Below, in pieces: positions 11,652 to 24,974 of a stretch of 64,000 nt of DNA. The DNA lies in NCBI RefSeq assembly GCF_963921235.1, contig NC_086108.1:117988001-118052000 (forward strand), written 5' to 3'. Each line of letters begins with the position of its first letter. Positions within the stretch are counted from its first letter, which is position 1. The notes under the pieces are model-generated. The model had not been told where the DNA came from, made no database searches, and saw nothing but the letters and a program-made list of their open reading frames with translations. The position numbers and the translations under genes are program-made. Source of the DNA: Mobula hypostoma (lineage: Eukaryota).

Positions 11652-14600
11652 TAGAAACATAGAAAATATGTGCAAGAGTAGGCCATTCAGCCCTTCGAGC
11701 CTGCACCGCCATTCAGTACGATCATGGCTGATCATCCAACTCAGAACCCTGTACCTGACATCTCTCCATACCCCCTGATCCCCATAGCCACAAGGGCCAT
11801 ATCTAACTCCCTCTTAAATATAGCCAATGAACTGGCCTCAACTATTTCCTGTGGCAGAGAATTCCACAGATTCACCACTCTCTGTGTGAAGAAGTTTTTC
11901 CTCATCTCAGTCCTAAAAGGCTTCCCCTTTATCCTCAAACTGTGACCCCTCGTTCTGGACTTCCCCAACATCGGGAGCAATCTTCCTGCATCTAGCCTGT
12001 CCAATACCTTTAGAATTTTATACATTTCAATTAGATCCCCCCTCAATCTTCTAAATTCCAGAGAGTATAAGCCAAGTCGATCCAGTCTTTCATCACATGA
12101 AAGTCCTGCCATCCCAGGAATCAATCTGGTGAACCTTCTTTGTACTCCCTCTATGGCAAGAATGTCTTTCCTCAGATTAGGGGATCAAAACTGCACATAA
12201 TACTCCAGGTGTGGTCTCACCAAGGCCTTGTACAACTGCAGTAGTAACTCCCTGCTCCTGTACTCGAATCCTCTTGCTATGAATGCCAGCATACCATTCG
12301 CCTTTTTCACCGCCTGCTGTACCTGCATGCCCACTTTCAATGACTGGTGTATAATGACACCCAGGTCTCGTTGCACCTCCCCTTTTCCTAATCGGCCACC
12401 GTTCATTTAATAAGCTGTTTTCCTGTTCTTGCCGCCAAAGTGGATAACCTCACATTTATCCACATTAAATTGCATCTGCCATGAATTTGCCCAATCACCT
12501 AACCTATCCAAGTCACCCTGCATCCTCTTAGCATCCTCCTCACAGCTAATACTGCTGCCCAGCTTCATGTTCAGAACGAGGGGTCACAGTTTGAGGATAA
12601 AGGGGACGACTTTTAGGACCGAGATTAGGAAAACCTTCTTCACACAGAGAGTGGTGAATCTGTGGAATTCTCTGCCACAGGAAACAGTTGAAGCCAGTTC
12701 ATTGGCTATATTTAAGAGGGAGTTAGATATGGCCCTTGAGGCTAAAGGGGTTGGGGGTATGGGGGGAAGGCTGGTACAGGGTTCTGAGTTGGATGATCAG
12801 CCGAATGGCCTACTCCTGCACCTATTTTCTACGTTTCTATGTTTCTATGTGTCATCCACAAACTTCGAGATGCTGCATTTAATTCCCTCGTCTAAGTCAT
12901 TAATATATATTGTAAACAACTGGGGTCCCAGTACTGAACCTTGCGGTACCCCACTAGTCACTGCCTGCCATTCTGAAAAGGTCCCGTTTATTCCCACTCT
13001 TTGTTTCCTGTCTGCCAACCAATTCTCTATCCACATCAATACCTTACCCCCAATACCGTGTGCTTTAAGTTTGCACGCTAATCTCCTGTGTGGGACCTTG
13101 TCAAAAGCCTTTTGAAAATCCAAATATACCACATCCACTGGTTCTCCCCTATCCACTCTACTAGTTACATCCTCAAAAAATTCTATGAGATTCATCAGAC
13201 ATGATTTTCCTTTCACAAATCCATGCTGACTTTGTCCGATGATTTCACCACTTTCCAAATGTGCTGTTATCACATCTTTGATAACTGACTCTGGCATTTT
13301 CCCCACCACTGATGTCAGGCTTACCGGTCTATAATTCCCCGGTTTCTCTCTCCCTCCTTTTTTAAAAAGCGGGGTTACATTAGCCACCCTCCAATCCTCA
13401 GGAACTAATCCAGAATCTAAAGAGTTTTGAAAAATTATCACTAATGCATCCACTATTTCTTGGGCTACTTCCTTAAGCACTCTGGGATGCAGACCACCTG
13501 GCCCTGGGGATTTATCTGCCTTTAATCCCTTCAATTTACCTAACACCACTTCCCTACTAACATGTATTTCCCTCAGTTCCTCCATCTCACTAGACCCTCT
13601 GTCCCCTACTATTTCTGGAAGATTATTTATGTCCTCCTTAGTGAAGACAGTACCAAAGTAGTTATTCAATTGGTCTGCCATGTCCTTGTTCCCCATGATC
13701 AATTCACCTGTTTCTGACTGTAAGGGACCTACATTTGTCTTAACCAATCTTTTTCTTTTCACATATCTATAAAAGCTTTTACAGTCAGTTTTTATGTTTC
13801 CTGCCAGCTTTCTCTCATAATCATTTTTCCCTTTCCTAATTAAGCCCTTTGTCCTCCTCTGCTGGACTCTGAATTTCTCCCAGTCCTCAGGTGTTCCGCT
13901 TTTTCTGGCTAATTTGTATGCTTCTTCTTTGGAACTGATACTATCCCTGATTTCCCTTGTCAGCCACGGGTGCACTACCTTCCCTGGTTTATTCTTTTGC
14001 CAAACTGGGATGAACAGTTGTTGCAGTTCATCCATACGATCTTTAAATGCTTGCCATTGTATATCCACCGTCAACCCTTTAAGTATCATTTGCCAGTCTA
14101 TCTTAGCTAATTCACATCTCATACCTTCAAAGTTACCCTTCTTTAAGTTCAGAACCTTTGTTGCTGAATTAAATATATCACTCTCCATCTTCATGAAGTA
14201 TTTCACCATATTATGGTCACTCTTACCCAAGTGGCCTCTCACGACAAGATTGCTAACTAACTCTTTCTCATTGCTCAATACACAGTCTAAAATGGCCTGC
14301 TCTCTAGTTGGTTCCTCGACATGTTGGTTCAGAAAACTATCCTGCATACATTCCAAGAAATCCTCTTCTTCAGCACCCTTACCAATTTGGTTCACACAAT
14401 CTATATGTAGATTGAAGTCACCCATTATAACTGCTGTTCCTTTATTGCATGCATTTCTAATTTCCTGTTTAGTGCCATCCCCAACCTCACTACCACTGTT
14501 AGGTGGCCTGTACACAACTCCCACCAGCGTTTTCTGCCCCTTAGTGTTATGCAGCTCTATCCATATCGATTCCACATCCTCCCAGCTAATGTCCTTCCTT

Positions 14601-14928
14601 TCTATTGCATTAATCTCCTCTCTAACCAGCAATGCCACCCCACCTCCTTTTCCTTCATGTCTATCCCTCCTGAATATTGAATATCCCTGAATGTTGAGCT
14701 CCCATCCTCGGGAACCCTGGAGCCATGTCTCTGTGATCCCAACTATATCATATTCATTAATAACTATCTGCACAGTCAATTCATCCACCTTGTTACGAAT
14801 GCTCCTTGCATTGACACGCAAAGTCTTCAGGCTCGCTTTTACAACACTCTTAGCCCTTATACAATTATGTTGAAAAGTGGCCCTTTTTGATTTTTGCTCT
14901 GGCTTTGCCGGCCTGCCACTTTTACTTT
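11652..14928 (-). mobile_element. CR1 LINE, family A, ORF2 (APE-RT), mutated; 5' part continues at 18977-19605
   Basis: ORF 12845..14983 has APE (GITETWL, MGDFN, SDH) and RT ([25 protein letters not shown]) motifs. The 3' ORFs are 12185..12406 and 11741..12124. Confidence 0.95.
12570..12850 (+). mobile_element. 5'-truncated CR1 3' end inserted antisense in a family A CR1
   Basis: RTRGHSLRIKG...WNSLPQE plus a TTTCTATG tail. It splits the host at the DDT/KL motif and has a small deletion in its 3'UTR. Confidence 0.9.
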
Positions 14929-17900
14929 TAGAACATAGATAGAACATAGAATAGTACAGCACAGTACAGGCCCTTCGGCCCACAATGTTGTGCCGGCCCT
15001 CAAACCCTGCCTCCCATATAAGCCCCCACCTTAGATTCTTCCATATACCTGTCTAGTAGTCTCTTAAACTTCACTAGTGTGTCTGCCTCCACCACTGACT
15101 CAGGCAGTGCATTCCACGCACCAACCACTCTCTGAGTAAAAAACCTTCCTCTAATATCCCCCTTGAACTTCCCACCCCTTACCTTAAAGCCATGTGCTCT
15201 TGTATTGAGCAGTGGTGCCCTGGGGAAGAGGCGCTGGCTATCCACTCTATCTATTCCTCTTATCCTGTACACCTCTATCATGTCTCCTCTCATCCTCCTC
15301 TCCAAAGAGTAAAGCCCTAGCTCCCTTAATCTTTAATCATAATGCATACTTTCTGAACCAGGCAGCATCCTGGTAAATCTCCTCTGTACCCTTTCCAATG
15401 CTTCCACATCCTTCCTATAGTGAGGTGACCAGAACTGGACACAATACTCCAAGTGTGGCCTAACCAGAGTTTTATAGAGCTGCATCATTACAGCGCAACT
15501 CTCAAACTCTATCCCTCGACTTATGAAAGCTAACACCCCATAAGCTTTCTTAACTACCCTATCCACCTGTGAGGCAACTTTCAGGGATCTGTGGACATGT
15601 ACCCCGAGATCCCTCTGCTCCTCCACACTACCAAGTATCCTGCCATTTACTTTGTATTCCGCCTTGGAGTTTGTCCTTCCAAAGTGTACCATCTCACACT
15701 TCTCCGGGTTGAACTCCATCTGCCACTTCTCAGCCCACTTCTGCATCCTATCAATGTCTCTCTGCAATCTTCAACAATCCTCTACACTATCTACAACACC
15801 ACCAACCCTTGTGTCATCTGCAGATTTGCCAACCCACCCTTCTAGACCCACATCCAGGTCGTTAATAAAAATCACAAAAAGTAGAGGTCCCAGAACAGAT
15901 CCTTGCGGGACACCACTAGTCACAATCCTCCAATCTGAATGTACTCCCTCCACCACCACCCTCTGCCTTCCGCAGGCAAGCCAATTCTGAATCCACCTGG
16001 CCAAACTTCCCTGGATCCCATGCCTTCTAACTCTCTGAAAAAGCCTACCATGTGGAACCTTGTCAAATGCCTTACTAAAATCCATTTAGATCACATCCAC
16101 TGCACTACCCTCATCTATATGCCTGGTCACCTCCTCAAAGAACTCTATCAGGCTTGTTAGACATGATCTGCCGTTCACAAAGCCATGCTGACTGTCCCTG
16201 ATCAGACCATGATTCTCTAAATGCCTATAGATCCTATCTCTAAGAATCTTTTCCAACAGCTTTCCCACCACAGACGTAAGGCTCACTGGTCTATAATTAC
16301 TCGGACTATCCCCACTACCTTTTTTGAACAAGGGAACAACATTCGCCTCCCTCCAATCCTCCGGTACCATTCCCGTGGACAACGAGGACATAAAGATCCT
16401 AGCCAGAGACTCAGCAATCTCTTCTCTCGCCTCGTGGAGCAGCCTGGGGAATATTCCGTCAGGCCCCGGGGACTTATCTGTCCTAATGTATTTTAACAAC
16501 TCCAACACCTCCTCTCCCTTAATATCAGCATGCTCCAGAATATCAACCTCACTCATATTGTCCTCACCATCATCAAGTTCCCTCTCATTGGTGAATACCG
16601 AAGAGAAGTATTCATTGAGGACCTCGCTCACTTCCACAGCCTCCAGGCACATCCTCCCACCTTTATCTCTAATCGGTCCTACCTTCACTCCTGTCATCCT
16701 TTTTTTCTTCACATAATTGAAGAATGCCTTGGGGTTTTCCTTTACCCTACTCGCCAAGGCCTTCTCATGCCCCCTTCTTGCTCTTCTCAGCCCCTTCTTA
16801 AGCTCCTTTCTTGCTTCCCTATATTCCTCAATAGGCCCATCAGATCCTTGCTTCCTAAACCTCATGTATGCTGCCTTCTTCCTCCTGACTAGATTTTCCA
16901 CCTCACTTGTGACCCATGGTTCCTTCACCCTACCATTCTTTATCTTCCTCACCGGGACAAATTTATCCCTTACATCCTGCAAGAGATCTCTAAACATCGA
17001 CCGCATGTCCATAGTACATTTCCCTGCAAAAACATCATCCCAATTCACACCCGCAAGTTCTAGCCTTATAGCCTCATAATTTGCCTTTCCCCAATTAAAA
17101 ATTTTCGTGTCCTCTTTGATTCTGTCCTTTACCATGATAATTATAAAGGCCAGGGAGCGGTGGTCACTGTCCCCCAGATGCTCACCCACTGAGAGATCTG
17201 TGACCTGACCCGGTTCATTACCTAGTACTAGATCTAGTATGGCATTCCCCCTGGTCGGCCTGTCCACATACTGTGACAGGAATCCATCCTGGACACACTT
17301 AACAAATTCTGCCCCATCTAAACCCTTGGAACTAATCAGGTGCCAATCAATATTAGGGAAGTTAAAGTCACCCATGATAACAACCCTGTTATTTTTGCAC
17401 CTTTCCAAAATATGCCTCCCAATCGGCTCCTCTGTATCTCTGCTGCTACCAGGGGGCCTATAGAATACCCCCAGTAGAGTAACTGCTCCCTTCCTGTTCC
17501 TGGCTTCCACCCATATTGACTCAAAACAGGATCCTGCTACATTACCGACCCTTTCTGTAGCTGTAATAGTATCCCTGACCAGTAATGCCACCCCTCCTCC
17601 CCTTTTTCCACCCTCTCTATCCCTTTTAAAGCACTGAAATCCAGGAACATTGAGAATCCATTCCTGCTCTGGTGCCAGCCAAGTCTCTGTAATGGCCACT
17701 ACATCATAATTCCATGTATGTATCCAAGCTCTCAGCTCATCACCTTTGTTCCTGATGCTTCTTGCATTGAGGTACACACATTTCAGCCCTTCTACCTTAC
17801 TGTCTTTACACCGTTTATTCTGCTTTTCTGTCCTCAAAGCCTCTCTGTTTGTTAGATCTGGCTTTACTCCATGCACTCCTTTCACTGCTCTATCGCTCTG

Positions 17901-18975
17901 TGTCCCATCCCCCTCGTAAATTAGTTTAAACCCTCCCGAACCATGCTAGCAAACCTACCTGCAAGGATATTGCTCCCCATCGAGTTCAGGTGCAACCCAT
18001 CCAATCTGTACAGGTCCCACCTTCCCCAGAAGAGATCCCAATGATCTAAAAATCTAAAACTCTGCTCCCTGCACCAACTCCTTAGCCACGCATTCAACTG
18101 CCATCTCCTCCAATTCTTACCATCTCTGTCACGTAGCAGTGGCAGCAATCCTGAGAACGTCATCTTTGAGGTCCTGTTCTTCAGCCTTCTGCCTAGTTCC
18201 CGAAACCCACATTTCAGGACCTTATCCCTCTTCCTGCCTATGTCGTTGGTTCCAACATGTATCACGATTTCTGGTTGCTTTCCCTCTCGTACCAGGATGT
18301 CGTGCACCCAGTCAGAGACATCCCGGACCCTGACACCCGGGAGGCAACAAACCATGCGGGTGTGCTTCTCACGTCCACAAAATCTCCTGTCTGCTGCCCT
18401 GACTATAGAGTCTCCAATGACGACAGCTCTCCTCTTCTCCGTCCCACCCTTCTGTACCACCGGGTCAGACTCAGTGCCGGAGGCCCTGCCACCGTGACTC
18501 ACACCTGGTCGGTCGTCCCCGCCAACAGTATCCAGGACGGTAAACTTCTTATTCAGGGGAATGGCTACAGGGGTGCTCTGCACTACCTATCTACTCACCT
18601 TTGCTTTCCCCCCTCTGACTGTCACCCAACAACCTGCTTCCGACAGCCTAGGTGTGACTACCTCCCTGTAGCTCTCATCTATGACTGCCTCATTCTCCCT
18701 TATGAGTCGAAGGTCATCCAGCTGCTGCTCCAGATTCCTTACACGGTCTTCCAGATCGCCCAGCCATATGCACTTCTGGCGGATGTGACTCTGCGGGAAA
18801 GGGGCGTTCCCCCAAGACTGCCACATCTCACATGAGAGGCACATCACTGTCTCGTGGACATTGTAAAAACTAACTGCGAGCTAGCTTGTCCTCCACCTCT
18901 TCTCGTCGAAGCGTCTTGAGTCAAAGCCCCAAAGCTCTACTCCTTCACTGGCCCACTCACGCTCTGGCCACTTAC
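14929..18975 (-). mobile_element. Near full-length CR1 LINE, family B (5'UTR, ORF1 zinc-finger/leucine-zipper/SGNH esterase, ORF2 APE-RT), few stops
   Basis: ORF1 18847..17921: CLSC..., LEDRVRNLEQQLDDL, VIGDSIVR, HVGTND, DGLHLN. ORF2 pieces 17885..16086, 16085..15771, 15767..15333 and 15305..15000. (TTCTATG)n tail. Nested inside the family A element. Confidence 0.95.
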
Positions 18976-18976
18976 T

Positions 18977-19605
18977 TCTTTTTGCTTCTACCCTCATTTT
19001 ACACCCGTCTGTCTCTCTGCACTCGTTCTCATACCCCTGCCACATTAGCTTAAATTCTCCTGAACAACAGTAGCAGATGCTCCCCCAGGACATTGGTTCC
19101 AGTCCAGCCCACATGCAGACCGTCCTGTTTGTACCTGTCCCACCTCCTCCAGAACTGGTTCCAATGCCCCAGAAATTTGAATCCCTCACCCTTGCACCAT
19201 TTTTCAAGCCATGTATTTATCTGAACTATCCTCCTGTTTCTACTCTGACTAGCACATGGCACTGGTAGTAATCCAGAGATTATTACCTTCGTGATCCCAC
19301 TTTTTATTTTATCTCCTAACTCCCTAAATTCACCTTGTAGGACCTCATCCTGTTTTTTACCTATATCGTTGGTACCTATGTGCACCACGACCACTGGCTA
19401 TTCACTCTCCCACTCCAGAATGTCCTGCAGCCGCTCAGAGACATCCTTGACCCTTGCACCAGGGAGGCAACAAACCCTCCTGGAATCTCGTTTGCAGCCA
19501 CAAAAACGCCTATCTATTCCCCTTACAATCGAATCCCCTATCACTATAGCTCTCCCACTCTTTTTCCTTCCCTCCTGTGCTGCAGAGCCACCCATGGTGC
19601 CATGA
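18977..19605 (-). mobile_element. 5' continuation of the interrupted family A CR1 (esterase ORF1 and ORF2 N-terminus)
   Basis: ECRETDGCKMRVEAK joins SKSKSGRP at 14928. The esterase motifs VIGDSIVRG, HIGTND and DGLH lie upstream. Confidence 0.8.
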
Positions 19606-20230
19606 ACTCGGTTGAGTTCATTATCTGGGTTGAACTCCATCTGTCACTTCTCAGCCCAGTTTTGCATCCTATCAATGTCCCGCTGAAAACTCTGACAGAC
19701 CTCCACACTATCCACAACACCCTCAACCTCTGTGTCATCAGTAAATTTACTAACCCATCCCTTCACTTCCTCATCCAGGTCATTTATACAAATCACAAAG
19801 AGTAAGGGTCCCAGAACAGATCCCTGAGGCACATCACTGGTCCCCAGCCTCCATGCAGAATATGACCCATCTACAACCATTCTTTGCCTTCTGTGGGCAA
19901 GTCAGTTCTGGATCCACAAAGCAATGTCCCCTTGGATCCCATGCCTGCTTACTTTCTCAATAAGCCTTGCATGGGGTACCTTATCAAATGCCTTGCTAAA
20001 ATCCATATACACTACATCTACAGATCTACCATCATCAATGTGTTTCGTCACATCCTCAAAAAATTCAATCAGGCTCGTAAAGCACGACCGACCTTTGACA
20101 AAGATGCCTCTCCAAATGTTCATAAAATCTGCCTCTCAGGATCTTTTCCGTCAACTTACCAAGACTCACTAGTCTATAACTTCCTGGGCTATCCCTACTT
20201 CCTTTCTTGAATAAAGGAACAACATCCACA

Positions 20231-21614
20231 TGTCATGGTCCAGTCCGTGGTGTCCGCATTCCAGATTCACAGTCCAATTCGTGCACTGAGGACTCTGGGT
20301 CTTCCAGCTGTCCCTCATTTGTTTGAGTTAATCATAGGCACCTGATTCCCATCTTGGGGCTTGGAATATAGGTAGCCTTGGGGTTGAGTGTGAGCTGCTG
20401 GTTTGTTTTGTCAAGATCCCATGGGAGTAACCTGCTGGTGGAAGGCTAGAGCAGCCAATTGCCGTCTTTAGGCTGCGTTGGGGAACCATCTCCTCATGGA
20501 GCCTTGCTGTCAGTAGTCAGAGCTGTCTTTGCAGTATGGATTTGGCTGTTCCCTGGGCCAGCTGAATGGCTGCCAGCTACTCTGAACTAGATAGGGATCT
20601 GGCTGTTTCTGTAGCCAGCTGAGGTTGCTAGCCGCACTGAGACTCGGAGCTACCCCGGAGCAGAGATGGAACTGTCTGTCGTTCTTCGGTGTTGTCTCTT
20701 CTTGTCCTCACCTCCGTGGGGTAAGTTAGGCCGTTTTGCCGTTGCCCTGCGGTGGCGGTGGCGGGGGGGGGGGGGATTTGTCTTGTCTTGTCCTCGCCCC
20801 TGTTGGGTAAGTCCGGCCGTTCTGCCATTACCTGACAGAGGGACCCATCCCACCTTGGTGTGGAGATGAATTTGAGTCCCAGCTTGTCTTAGGATAAGTC
20901 CCGGCTCTATGTTGATGTTTTGATCCCAGTCTGTCTCTGAGCTCCAAGAAGCCAAGCCTCGAGGATTCTGCGGCCAAGCTCCGAGAACCCAAGCCTCGAG
21001 GATCCTGCGGCCAAGCTCTGAGAAGCCAAGCCTTGAGGATCCCGCAGCCAAACTCCGAGAACGCAAGCCTCGAGGATCCCGCAGCCAAGCTCTGAGAACG
21101 CAAGCCTCAAGGATCCCGCAGCCAAGCTCCGAGAAGCCAAGCCTCGAGGATCCCGCTGCCAAGCTCCAAGAACCCAAGCCTTGAGGATCCCACAGCCAAG
21201 CTCCGAGAACCCAAGCCTCGACGATCCCGCAGCCAAGCTCCGAGAACAAAGGCCTGAAGTCCCCAGCCTCCAAACTCACGACCCAAGACCCCAGTCTGTC
21301 TCCAAGCTCAGGCCTCTAGACCCCAGCCACGTCCTGTCCTGAAGCCATGTCATGTCCTTGCTTGGTTCTGGGGTCCGAGCCCAATGCAAGACCCAGGTTC
21401 TGGGTCCTTGTCCAGTCTCGGGCTCGGAGTCCAAGCCTTGTCTCCTCATCCATGGTTCCTAGTCCTGGTCCCGCTTTCCCTAGCCCAAGTTTGCGTTCTT
21501 GACCCTGCTCCTCGTCTGAATCCTGTCACATCCCTACTCTAGTCGAGTTGAGTTCCTTGTACTTCACTGTCTGTGTCTTGCATTTGGGTTTGTTCCCTTC
21601 ACTCCATTGTGACA
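20231..21614 (+). mobile_element. Solo LTR (Gypsy-like), 1384 bp
   Basis: TGTCA...TGACA inverted termini. 5-bp TSD CCACA (20226-20230) and CCGCA (21615-21619) with one CpG-type change. The 3' end tcttgcatttgggt...gtgaca is typical of fish Gypsy LTRs. Confidence 0.8.
20952..21247 (+). repeat. 37-bp minisatellite (8 copies) inside the solo LTR
   Basis: Unit CCAAGCCTCGAGGATCCCGCAGCCAAGCTCCGAGAAC starts at 20952, 20989 and so on up to 21211. Confidence 0.9.
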
Positions 21615-21974
21615 CCGCAACCCTCCAATCCTCCAGAACCTCTCCCGTTCTCATTGATGATGCAAAGATCATCACCAGATGCTCAGAAATCTCCTCCCTC
21701 ACTTCCCACAGTAGCCTAGGGTACATCCCATTCATTCCCGGTGACTTATCGAACTTGATGCTTTCCAAAAGCTCCAGCACATCCACTTCTATCCCTACAA
21801 TCACCAAGATCCTTTTCTGTAGTGAATACATTAAGTACTTCTGCTGTCTCCTCTGTTTCCATACACACTTTTCCACTGTCACACTTGATTGGCCCTATTC
21901 TCTCACGTCTTATCTTGAATATTTTTAAATTTGTGGCTATAATGAAACTTCAAGATCTCAAATTTCTATGGAGC

Positions 21975-24582
21975 ATCCTTATGGGTGGAGCTGAGAAACA
22001 GGAAAGGTATGGCCACATTAGTGGGATTGTATTATAGACCATCCAATAGTTAGCGAGAATTGGAGGAGCAAATCTGCAGAGAGATAGCAGGCAACTGTAG
22101 GAAACATAAAGTTGTGGTGGTAGGGGATTTTAATTTTCCACATATTGATTGGGACTCCCATACTGTTAGGGGTCTAAATGGGTTAGAGTTTGTAAAATGT
22201 GTTCAGGAAAGTTTTCTAAATCAATATATAGAAGTACCAACTAGAGAGGATGCAATATTAGATCTCCTATTAGGAAATAAGTTAGGACAAGTGACAGAAG
22301 TGTGTGTAGGGGAACACTTTGCTTCCAGTGATCATAACACTATTAGTTTCAGCTTGATCATGGATGAAGATAGATCTGGTCCTAGGGTTCAGGTTCTAAA
22401 CTGGAAGAAGGCCAAATTTGAAGAAATGAGAAAGGTTCTAAAAAGCATGAATTGGGACAGGTTGTTCTCTGGCAAGGATGTGATCGGTAAGTGGGAAGCG
22501 TTCAAAGGAGAAATTTCGAGAGTGCAGAGCTTGTATGTTCCTGTCAGGATTAAAGGCAAAGTGAATAGGAATAAGGAACCTTGGTTCTCAACAGATATTG
22601 CAACTCTGATAAAGAAGAAGAGAGAGTTGTATGACATGTATAGGAAACAAGGAGTAAATAAGGTGCTTGAGGAGTATAAAAAGTGCAGGAAAATACTTAA
22701 GAAGGAAATCAGGAGGGATAAAAGAAGACATGAGGTTGCCTTGGCAGTCAAAGTGATGGATAATACAAAGAGCTTTTACAGGTATATTAAGAGTAAAAGG
22801 ATTGTATAAGATAAAATAGGTCCTCTTGAAGATTAGAGTGGTGCGGAACCAAAAGAAATAGGGGAGATCTTAAATGGGTTTTTTTGCGTCTGTATTTACT
22901 AAGGAAACTGGCATGAAGTCTATGGAATTAAGGGAAACAAGTAGCAAGATCATGGAACCTGTACAGATTGAAAAGGAGGAAGTGCTTGCTACCTTGAGGC
23001 AAATAGAAGTGGATAAATCTCCAGGACCTGACAGGGTATTCCCTCGGACCTTGAAGGAGACTAGTGTTGAAATTGCAGGGGCCCTGGCAGATATATTTAA
23101 AATGCTGGTGTCTACGGGTGAGGTGCCAGAGGATTGGAGGATGGCTGATGTTGTTCTGTTGTTTAAAAAAGGATCGAAAAGTAATGTGGGAAATTATAGG
23201 CTGGTAAGTTTGACGTCGGTAGTGGGTAAGTTATTGGAGGGAGTACTAAGAGACAGAATCTACAAGTATTTGGATAGACAGGGACTTATTAGGGAGAGTC
23301 AACATGGCTTTGTGCGTGGTGGGTCATGTTTGACCAATCTATTAGAGTTTTACGAGGAGGTTTCCAGGAGCGTGGATGAAGGGAAGGCAGTGGATGTTGT
23401 CTACATGGACTTCAGTAAGGCCTTTGACAAGGTCCCGCATGGGAGGTTAGTTAGGAAAATTCAGTCGCTAGGTATACATGGAGAGGTGGTAAATTGGATT
23501 AGACATTGGCTCAATGGAAGAAGCCAAAGAGTGGTAGTAGAGGATTGCTTCTCAGAGTAGAGGCCTGTGACTAGTGGTGTGCCACAGGGATCAGTGCTGG
23601 CTCCATTGTTATTTGTCATCTATATCAATGATCTGGATGATAATGTGGTAAATTGGATCAGCAAATTTGCTGATGATACAAAGATTGGGGGTGTAGTGGA
23701 CAGTGAGGAAGGTTTTCAAAGCTTGCAGGGGGGTTTGGACCAGCTGGAAAAATGGGCTGCAAAATGGCAGATGGAGTTTAATACCGACAAGTGTGAGGTA
23801 TTGCACTTTGGAAGGACAAACCAAGGTAGAACATACAGGGTAGATTTTTAGGCACTGAGGAGTGCAGTAGAACAGAGGGATCTGGGAATACAGATACAAA
23901 ATTCCCTAAAAGTGGCGTCACAGGTAGATAGGGTCGTAAAGAGAGCTTTTGGTACATTGGCCTTTATTAATCAAAATATTCAGTATAAGAGCTGGAATGT
24001 TATGGTGGGGTTGTATAAGGCATTGGTGAGGCCGAATCTGGAGTATTGTGTTCAGTTTTGGTCACCAAATTACAGGAAGGATATTAATAAGGTTGAAAGA
24101 GTGCAGAGAAGGTTTACAAGGATGTTGCCGGGACTTGAGAAACTCAGTTACAGAGAAAGGTTGAATAGGTTAGGACTTTATTCCCTGGAGCATATAAGAA
24201 TGAGGGGAGATTTGATAGAGGTATATAAAATTATGATGGGTATAGATAGAGTGAATGCAAGCAGGCTTTTTCCACTGAGGCAAGGGGAGAAAAAAACCAG
24301 AGGACATAGGTTAGGGGTGAAGGGGGAAAAGTTTAAAGGGAACATGGGGGGGGGGCTTCTTCCCACAGAGAGTGGTTGGAGTGTGGAATGAGCCATCAGA
24401 CGAGGTGGTAAATGCGGGTTCTTTTTTAACATTTAAGAATAAATTGGACAGATATATGGACGGGAGGTGTATGGAGGGATATGGTCTGTGTGCAGGTCAG
24501 TGGGACTAGGCAGAAAATGGTTCGGCACAGCCAAGATGGGCCAAAAGGCCTGTTTCTGTGCTGTAGTTTTTCTATGGTTTCT
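21975..24582 (+). mobile_element. 5'-truncated CR1 LINE (third family), ORF2 with stops and frameshifts
   Basis: ORFs 22060..22809, 22874..23560, 23567..23851 and 23912..24391 are collinear APE-RT. Tail ttttctatggtttcta. Confidence 0.93.
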
Positions 24583-24974
24583 AATAGTGTCTTCCCTATT
24601 ATATTGATATTGGTTACCAAATGCAGTCAGCACTCCTGTACAGACCCTTAATAACTTGTGTTGTAGACCAAAGTTTGGCACAACATTGTGGGCTGAATGG
24701 CCTGTTCCTGCGCTGCACTCTTCTATGTTCTAGACCAACCCATACATGACCCAACTGCACACAGATTTCTGGTGACAGAGCAGTGGCTTCAATTGGTGTC
24801 AGGCACACTTTACATTGCTGCCGCCGGATTGGAGAATGATAAGTAGTCTGATTGATAAAGAGCAGTGGTTGGACTGAATTGAAGGTGTGAGGGTGTGGAC
24901 AACTGGAGAGTGTTGACGTGGCAGAGACAGGTACTCTTGGCTTGCACCACCTGTAATGTGACTGAGGGGAACCT

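Larger units (their letters stand above)
19610..21915 (-). mobile_element. Degenerate CR1 RT fragment hosting a solo LTR
   Basis: ORFs 19644..19880, 19902..20123 and 21526..21882 carry RT motifs. The sequence is continuous across the LTR (aaggaacaacat / ccgcaaccctccaatcc). Confidence 0.85.

Noticed and set aside
12429..13115. 228-aa plus-strand ORF
   Set aside because: It is a chance chimera of antisense CR1 and the inserted CR1 3' fragment.
13914..14690. Long antisense ORFs over CR1 ORF2 (also 45531..46307, 16717..17079 and 36551..36913)
   Set aside because: They are mirror frames of the real ORF2, recur only because the element recurs, and contain no recognisable domain.
20952..21247. 37-bp repeats (and the 35-36-bp arrays at 5227 and 39010) as CRISPR arrays
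   Set aside because: The units are head-to-tail without unique spacers, no cas genes are present, and the context is eukaryotic.
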